From a virus (Duplodnaviria; Heunggongvirae; Uroviricota; Caudoviricetes), in the IMG/VR virus record IMGVR_UViG_2576861193_000006: a stretch of 35,177 nucleotides of DNA. The stretch is one strand, 5' to 3'. Below, one piece after another: positions 26,871 to 35,177 of the stretch. Within the stretch, counting starts at the first letter, position 1; each line of letters opens with the position of its first letter. A program made the position numbers and the translations under genes. A model generated the notes under the pieces. The model had not been told where the DNA came from. It saw only the letters and a program-made list of their open reading frames with translations, and did no database searches.

Positions 26871-29800
26871 TTTGGGGATTGATGCGGCAGAGTTTAAAAA
26901 TGAAATTCCCCGTATCAAAAACCTTCTGAATGGTGCAGCCAGCGATGCAGAACGGTCTTCTGCCCGTATGCAGCGTTTTATGGAGCGTCAGACTCAGGCC
27001 GCCCGGCAGACAATGCAGGCGGCTTCTTCGGCTGCAACAGCCGCATCCGTCCATGCGCAGACGGTGGAGAAGAGCGCACAGGCTCATGAACGCATGGCCC
27101 GCGAGGTGGAGCAAACCCGCCAGCGTATGGAGGCACTGAGCCAGAAAATGCGCGAGGAACAGGCGCAGGCCATGGCTCTGGCGGAGGCTCAGGATAAAGC
27201 GGCTGCCGCGTTTTATCATCAGATTGACAGTGTGAAACAGGCCAGTGCGGGGCTGCAGGAATTACAGCGTATTCAGCAGCAGATCCGACAGGCCAGAAAC
27301 AGTGGCGGGATTGGTCAGCAGGATTATCTGGCGCTGATTTCTGAGGTTACGGCGAAAACCCGTGTTCTTACGCAGGCTGAGGCAGAGGCTACCCGACAGA
27401 AAGTGGCGTTTATCCGTCAGCTTAAAGAGCAGGCAACCCGCCAGAATCTTTCTTCTTCTGAGTTGCTTCGTGCTAAGGCTGCCCAGCTGGGGGTAAGCAG
27501 TGCTGCAGAAGTGTATATCCGCAAAATGGAGCAGGCAGGAAAAGCCACGCATTCGCTGGGTCTGAAAAGTGCAGCGGCCCGCCAGGAGATAGGCGTTCTG
27601 ATAGGTGAACTGGCTCGCGGCAATTTAGGGGCGCTGAGGGGATCCGGGATAACGCTGGCTAACCGTGCCGGATGGATAGACACACTGATGTCACCGAAAG
27701 GCATGATGCTGGGCGGGGTTATTGGCGGTATTGCCGCGGCTGTCTATGGTCTGGGTAAAGCCTGGTATGACGGTCAGAAGGAGGGGGAAGAATTTAACCG
27801 CCAGCTGTCGCTGACGGGGCATTATGCCGGAGTCACTGCCGGGCAGCTGTGGACGCTCAGTCGTGCTATTTCCGGGAATGGTATCACGCAACATGCTGCA
27901 GCCGGTGCGCTGGCTCAGGTGGTGGGGAGTGGTGCATTTCGTGGAAACGATATCGGTATGGTGGCGAGAGCTGCCGCACAGATGGAGCGATCGGTTGGCC
28001 AGTCGGTCAGCGATACCATAAGTCAGTTTAAGCGGCTGAAGGATGATCCTGTAAATGCCGCGAAGGCTCTGGACAATGAGCTGCATTTTCTTACTGCCAC
28101 TCAGCTTGAGCAGATACGCGTCCTTGGGGAACAGGGGCGGTCCAGTGATGCGGCACGGATAGCCATGTCTGCACTGGCAGAGGAAACCGGTCGGCGTACT
28201 GCGGATATTGATAATAACCTCAATGCGCTGGGTAGTACGCTGCAAACCTTGTCTGACTGGTGGAAGCAGTTCTGGGATGCGGCCATGAATATTGGTCGTG
28301 AAGATTCGCTGGATGCGCAGATTGCCACTTTGCAGGAGAAAGTGTCGCGGGCGAAAAGACTCCCCTGGACGGCATCATCTTCTCAGGTTGAATACGATCA
28401 GCAGCGTCTTAACGATCTTCAGGAGAAAAAACGCCAGAAGGATTTGCAGGATGCAAAAGAGCAGGCAGAGCGGAATTATCAGGAGCAACAGAAACGCCGT
28501 AATGCTGAAAATGCTGCACTGAATCGGATGAATGAAACGGAAGCTGCACGACATCAGCGTGAAATTGCGCGTATTAATGCCATGCAGTACGCCGATCAGG
28601 CTGTCAGGGATGCTGCGATACAACGTGAAAATGAACGTTACGAGAAAGCCCTGGCATCCGGTAAGAAAAAAACACGCGAAACCCGTAATGATGAGGCCAC
28701 CCGGTTATTGCTGCAGTACAGCCAGCAACAGGCACAGGTGGAAGGACAGATTGCTGCTGCAAGACAGTCAGCAGGCATTGCCACTGACAGGATGACAGAA
28801 GCGCATAAACAGCTTCTGGCTCTGCAGCAGCGCATCAGCGAGCTGGACGGGAAAAAACTGACGGCAGATGAAAAGAGTGTGCTGGCCCGTAAAGATGAAC
28901 TGATTCAGGCACTGACGCTGCTGGATGTAAAACAGCAGGAGCTTCAGAAACAGACGGCACTCAACGATCTGAAGAAAAAAACAATTCAGCTGACCAGTCA
29001 ACTGGCTGAAGAAGAGCGCGCTCAGCGTCAGCAACATGACCTGGATATCGCCACGGTGGGTATGGGTGATCAGCAGCGGCAGCGATATCAGGTACAACTG
29101 AGTCTTCGCCAGAAATACCAGCAACAGCTGGAGCAGTTGAGGCGGGATAGTGAGCAGAAAGGGACATATAACACGGATGACTACAGAAAGGCCGAGCAGG
29201 CGCTGACGGAGAGCCTGAACCGACAACTGAATGAGAATCGCCGTTACTGGCAACAGCTTGAAATTGCTCAGGGTAACTGGAAAAACGGTGCTATGCGGGC
29301 GTTTCAGAATTTCACGGCAGATGCGGATAATGCGGCAGGCACTGCTGAGCAGATGCTTACAGCGGCATTTAACAGTGCAGGTAATGTACTGGCAACGTTC
29401 TGTACTACCGGAAAACTGAACTTCAAATCTTTTACCGCCTCGCTCCTTTCTGATCTGGCAAAAATCATGGCTCAGATGTCCATGATGCAGGCAGTTAAGG
29501 GGATTGGTTCGGCGTTTGGCTGGGGGAGTGCAGCAACTGCCAGTGTGACGCCCAATGCTGATGGTGGTGTTTATCAGTCTGCTGATTTGAGTCGCTACAG
29601 TGGCACGGTGGTTAACCGTCCGACGTTTTTTGCTTTTGCAAAAGGTGCAGGTGTGATGGGGGAAGCTGGGCCTGAAGCCATTCTGCCTCTGCGTCGTGGT
29701 GCTGACGGTAAGCTGGGGGTTGTGGCGGATATTGGTGGTTCAGGTATGGCGATGTTTGCCCCGCAGTACAACATCGAGATCAATAACGATGGCACGAACG

Positions 29801-29916
29801 GGCAGATAGGTCCGGCTGCCCTGAAGGTGGTTTATGACCTCGGGAAAAAAGCAGCAGCGGACTTTATGCAACAGCAGTCCCGTGATGGTGGTCTGTTCTC
29901 CGGAGGTGGACGATGA
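26842..29916 (+). CDS. H: tail tape measure protein (gpH-like)
   Basis: About 1020 aa, coiled-coil/Ala-Gln-rich; GGAGGTG 6 nt upstream of ATG 26842. Confidence 0.9.
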   Translation: MDQIANLVIDLGIDAAEFKNEIPRIKNLLNGAASDAERSSARMQRFMERQTQAARQTMQAASSAATAASVHAQTVEKSAQAHERMAREVEQTRQRMEALSQKMREEQAQAMALAEAQDKAAAAFYHQIDSVKQASAGLQELQRIQQQIRQARNSGGIGQQDYLALISEVTAKTRVLTQAEAEATRQKVAFIRQLKEQATRQNLSSSELLRAKAAQLGVSSAAEVYIRKMEQAGKATHSLGLKSAAARQEIGVLIGELARGNLGALRGSGITLANRAGWIDTLMSPKGMMLGGVIGGIAAAVYGLGKAWYDGQKEGEEFNRQLSLTGHYAGVTAGQLWTLSRAISGNGITQHAAAGALAQVVGSGAFRGNDIGMVARAAAQMERSVGQSVSDTISQFKRLKDDPVNAAKALDNELHFLTATQLEQIRVLGEQGRSSDAARIAMSALAEETGRRTADIDNNLNALGSTLQTLSDWWKQFWDAAMNIGREDSLDAQIATLQEKVSRAKRLPWTASSSQVEYDQQRLNDLQEKKRQKDLQDAKEQAERNYQEQQKRRNAENAALNRMNETEAARHQREIARINAMQYADQAVRDAAIQRENERYEKALASGKKKTRETRNDEATRLLLQYSQQQAQVEGQIAAARQSAGIATDRMTEAHKQLLALQQRISELDGKKLTADEKSVLARKDELIQALTLLDVKQQELQKQTALNDLKKKTIQLTSQLAEEERAQRQQHDLDIATVGMGDQQRQRYQVQLSLRQKYQQQLEQLRRDSEQKGTYNTDDYRKAEQALTESLNRQLNENRRYWQQLEIAQGNWKNGAMRAFQNFTADADNAAGTAEQMLTAAFNSAGNVLATFCTTGKLNFKSFTASLLSDLAKIMAQMSMMQAVKGIGSAFGWGSAATASVTPNADGGVYQSADLSRYSGTVVNRPTFFAFAKGAGVMGEAGPEAILPLRRGADGKLGVVADIGGSGMAMFAPQYNIEINNDGTNGQIGPAALKVVYDLGKKAAADFMQQQSRDGGLFSGGGR

Positions 29917-29949
29917 AAACCTTCCGCTGGAAAGTGAAACCCGGTATGG

Positions 29950-30282
29950 ATGTGGCTTCGGCCCCTTCCGGATGTGGCTTCGGCCCCTTCTGTGGCTTCG
30001 GCCCCTTCCGTAATAAAGGTGCGCTTTGGTGATGGCTATTCTCAGCGTGCGCCTGCCGGGCTGAACGCTGACCTGAAAACGTACAGCGTGACGCTTTCTG
30101 TTCCCCGCGAGGAGGCCACGGCACTGGAATCGTTTCTGGCTGAGCACGGGGGCTGGAAGGCCTTTCTGTGGACGCCGCCTTATGGCTACCGGCAGATAAA
30201 GGTGACCTGCGCAAAATGGTCGTCGCGGGTCAGTATGTTGCGTGTTGAGTTCAGCGCAGAGTTTGAACAGGTGGTGAACTGA
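29950..30282 (+). CDS. M: minor tail protein M (body of gene; N-terminus frameshifted relative to lambda-like start at 29913)
   Basis: VRFGDGYSQRAPAGLNADLKTYSVTLSVPREEA ... KVTCAKWSSRVSMLRVEFSAEFEQVVN matches lambda gpM; the lambda-like N-terminus MKTFRWKVKPGMDVAS is encoded in another frame from ATG 29913. Confidence 0.7.
   Translation: MWLRPLPDVASAPSVASAPSVIKVRFGDGYSQRAPAGLNADLKTYSVTLSVPREEATALESFLAEHGGWKAFLWTPPYGYRQIKVTCAKWSSRVSMLRVEFSAEFEQVVN
29951..30008 (+). repeat. three tandem copies of 18-bp TGTGGCTTCGGCCCCTTC (first followed by CGGA) at the 5' end of M
   Basis: Copies start at 29951, 29973, 29991. Confidence 0.85.
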
Positions 30283-30980
30283 TGCAGAATATCCGACAGG
30301 AAACACTGAATGAATGCACCCGTGCGGAGCAGTCTGCCAGCGTGGTGCTCTGGGAAATCGATCTGACAGAGGTCGGCGGAGAGCGTTATTTCTTCTGTAA
30401 TGAGCAGAACGAAAAAGGTGAACCAGTCACCTGGCAGGGGCGGCAGTATCAGGCCTATCCCATTCAGGGAAGTGGATTTGAGATGAACGGCAAAGGAGCC
30501 AGTGCAAGGCCAACGCTGAAAGTCTCTAATCTGCACGGCATGGTCACCGGGATGGCGGAAGACCTGCAGAGTCTGGTCGGAGGAACGGTGGTCAGGCGTA
30601 AGGTTTACGCCCGTTTTCTGGATGCGGTGAACTTCGTCAACGGAAACAGCGATGCCGATCCGGAGCAGGAGGTGATCAGCCGCTGGCGCATCGAGCAGTG
30701 CAGCGAACTGAGCGCGGTGAGCGCCTCTTTTGTATTGTCCACGCCGACGGAAACGGATGGCGCTGTTTTTCCGGGGCGCATCATGCTGGCCAACACCTGT
30801 ACCTGGACCTATCGCGGTGATGAGTGCGGTTATAGCGGTCCGGCTGTCGCGGATGAATATGACCAGCCGACGTCCGATATCACGAAAGATAAATGCAGTA
30901 AATGCCTGAGTGGCTGTAAGTTTCGCAATAATGTCGGCAACTTTGGCGGCTTCCTTTCCATTAACAAACTTTCGCAGTAA
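30282..30980 (+). CDS. L: minor tail protein L
   Basis: MQNIRQETLNECTRAEQSASVVLWEIDLTEVGGERYFFCNEQNEKGEP ... lambda gpL-like; TGATG overlap with M. Confidence 0.9.
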   Translation: MQNIRQETLNECTRAEQSASVVLWEIDLTEVGGERYFFCNEQNEKGEPVTWQGRQYQAYPIQGSGFEMNGKGASARPTLKVSNLHGMVTGMAEDLQSLVGGTVVRRKVYARFLDAVNFVNGNSDADPEQEVISRWRIEQCSELSAVSASFVLSTPTETDGAVFPGRIMLANTCTWTYRGDECGYSGPAVADEYDQPTSDITKDKCSKCLSGCKFRNNVGNFGGFLSINKLSQ

Positions 30981-30984
30981 ATCC

Positions 30985-31728
30985 ATGACAGAGACAGAAT
31001 CAGCGATTCTGGCGCACGCCCGGCGATGTGCGCCAGCGGAGTCGTGCGGCTTCGTGGTGAGAACGCCGGAGGGGGAAAGATATTTTCCCTGCGTGAATAT
31101 CTCCGGTGAGCCGGAAGAGTATTTCCGGATGTCGCCGGAGGACTGGCTGCAGGCAGAAATGCAGGGTGAGATTGTGGCGCTGGTCCACAGTCACCCCGGT
31201 GGTCTGCCCTGGCTGAGTGAGGCCGATCGGCGGCTGCAGGTGCAGAGTGATTTGCCGTGGTGGCTGGTCTGCCGGGGGGCGATTTACAAGTTCCGCTGTG
31301 TGCCACATCTTACCGGGCGGCGCTTTGAGCACGGGGTGACGGACTGTTACACGCTGTTCCGGGATGCTTACCATCTGGCGGGGATTGAGATGCCGGATTT
31401 TCATCGCGAGGATGACTGGTGGCGTAACGGTCAGAATCTCTATTTGGATAATCTGGAGGCCACAGGGCTGTATCAGGTGCCGTTGTCAGCGGCGCAGCCG
31501 GGCGATGTGCTGCTGTGCTGTTTTGGTTCATCGGTGCCGAATCATGCCGCCATTTACTGTGGTGACGGCGAGCTGCTGCACCATATTCCTGAACAACTGA
31601 GCAAACGAGAGAGGTATACCGACAAATGGCAGCGACGCACACACTCCCTCTGGCGTCACCGGGCATGGCACGCATCTGCCTTTACGGGGATTTACAACGA
31701 TTTGGTCGCCGCATCGACCTTCGTGTGA
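30985..31728 (+). CDS. K: tail assembly protein K (JAB/MPN + NlpC/P60-like)
   Basis: HSHPGG JAMM-like motif and C-terminal Cys/His segment; overlaps I by about 100 nt as in lambda. Confidence 0.85.
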   Translation: MTETESAILAHARRCAPAESCGFVVRTPEGERYFPCVNISGEPEEYFRMSPEDWLQAEMQGEIVALVHSHPGGLPWLSEADRRLQVQSDLPWWLVCRGAIYKFRCVPHLTGRRFEHGVTDCYTLFRDAYHLAGIEMPDFHREDDWWRNGQNLYLDNLEATGLYQVPLSAAQPGDVLLCCFGSSVPNHAAIYCGDGELLHHIPEQLSKRERYTDKWQRRTHSLWRHRAWHASAFTGIYNDLVAASTFV

Positions 31729-32267
31729 AAACGGGGGCTGAAGCCATCCGGGCGCTGGCCACGCAGCTTCCGGCGTTTCGCCAGAAACTGAATGAGGGCT
31801 GGTATCAGGTGCGCATTTCCGGGCGTGATGCAGGCGAAAACGAATTATCTGCCCGTCTTAATGAGCCGCTGGCAAATGGTGCCGTGATCCACATCGTACC
31901 GCGTCTGGCGGGTGCCAAAAGTGGCGGTATTTTTCAGGCAGTGCTGGGTGCGGCGCTAATTGCTACGGCAATCTGGATGCCGGGGCTTAGTATTGTTGCA
32001 AGTAATCTCATGTTCTCTCTTGGGGCAGGTATGGTTTTAGGCGGTGTTGCGCAGATGCTGGCACCGAAAGCCAAAACGCCTAAAGTGTCAGCCACTGATA
32101 ACGGTAAGCAAAATACCTATTTTTCCTCATTGGATAACATGGTTGCCCAAGGCAATGTCCTGCCTGTTCTGTACGGTGAAATGCGCGTGGGGTCACGTGT
32201 GGCATCTCAGGAGATCAGCACGGCAGATGAAGGGGATGGTGGTCAGGTTGTGGTAATTGGGCGGTAA
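31626..32267 (+). CDS. I: tail assembly protein I
   Basis: MAATHTLPLASPGMARICLYGDLQRFGRRIDLRVKTGAEAIRALATQLPAFRQK ... matches lambda gpI. Confidence 0.85.
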   Translation: MAATHTLPLASPGMARICLYGDLQRFGRRIDLRVKTGAEAIRALATQLPAFRQKLNEGWYQVRISGRDAGENELSARLNEPLANGAVIHIVPRLAGAKSGGIFQAVLGAALIATAIWMPGLSIVASNLMFSLGAGMVLGGVAQMLAPKAKTPKVSATDNGKQNTYFSSLDNMVAQGNVLPVLYGEMRVGSRVASQEISTADEGDGGQVVVIGR

Positions 32268-32339
32268 TATTATTTACTCATGTTCTAACTGATTTAATAT
32301 TTATATCGAACACTGATAATTATTCTGTTGGTTAGCTAT

Positions 32340-32678
32340 ATGAACAAAACGATTTTATTCTGCACGATTATTGCCTTAACAGGATGTAAATCTTTGGATT
32401 ACGTAAAATCCGGCAAGCCTGTAATGGAAGGTAATTCATTAAAAAATATTGATGAATTGTCAGGCTGCATATCCAGACAATGGGCTGGTAATGGAACACC
32501 TATAACATCCATTCCTATTGAGAATGGGGTAAGCCTTTTAGTTCCACAGGCTATGGGTGGGTATGATGTTGTGCTTGATATCAAAAAAGCAGGAAATGGC
32601 AGTAGTTTTACTCTTTATGAACGCGTACCAGCATTAACGCCAAAAATTTTTGCTGATAGTGTTAATGCATGTAAATAA
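32340..32678 (+). CDS. lipoprotein (moron) between I and J, 112 aa, unknown function
   Basis: Signal peptide with lipobox IIALTG-C; AT-rich island 32268-32700 between conserved tail genes; own downstream terminator. Confidence 0.75.
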   Translation: MNKTILFCTIIALTGCKSLDYVKSGKPVMEGNSLKNIDELSGCISRQWAGNGTPITSIPIENGVSLLVPQAMGGYDVVLDIKKAGNGSSFTLYERVPALTPKIFADSVNACK

Positions 32679-32701
32679 TAGTTAATCCTGCCGTAACTCA
32701 T

Positions 32702-32730
32702 GAGCCGCCTTTTGGGCGGCTTTGTTGTTT
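32702..32730 (+). terminator. rho-independent terminator after the lipoprotein gene
   Basis: GCCGCC-TTTTG-GGCGGC followed by TTTGTTGTTT. Confidence 0.6.
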
Positions 32731-32741
32731 ATGGAGTGTGA

Positions 32742-35177
<2,436 letters not shown>

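Noticed and set aside
27691-29253. Minus-strand ORFs of 184 and 161 aa
   Set aside because: Antisense to the tape measure gene
30186-30986. 266-aa minus-strand ORF
   Set aside because: Antisense to the lambda-L-like gene

Overview
This window is a nearly complete lambdoid prophage (lambda / phage-21-like) from an E. coli-like enterobacterium. Left to right: an AT-rich cargo ORF convergent with an excisionase-like gene; a leftward early operon (DnaQ-like exonuclease, DUF551-like, P-loop protein, HD phosphohydrolase, DUF2303/YfdQ-like, YfdP-like); a ~600 nt untranslated structured leader; the immunity region (CI repressor with S24 peptidase domain, operators, Cro-like, CII-like); a replication/nin region (Rha, replication initiator with internal iterons, Dam methylase, LexA-DNA-binding-domain protein, RusA, KilA-N, DUF968, antiterminator Q); an antisense lipoprotein moron; candidate late promoter and tR'; an orphan N6/N4 DNA methyltransferase; a phage-21-type lysis cassette (pinholin, SAR endolysin, Rz/Rz1); a candidate cos site; head genes (TerS, TerL, W-like, portal, fused protease-scaffold-capsid ORF, FII-like); and a lambda-type tail module Z-U-V-G/T-H-M-L-K-I-[lipoprotein moron]-J, with J running off the right edge. 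Most notable observations: a tandem-repeat frameshift at the 5' end of tail gene M, two lipoprotein morons (one directly upstream of receptor-binding gene J), no N-like ORF despite boxA-like/hairpin elements in the long pL leader, and iterons inside the replication gene. No rRNA, tRNA, CRISPR array or transposase was recognised. All protein family calls are from reading the translations and remembered motifs, not from database searches.
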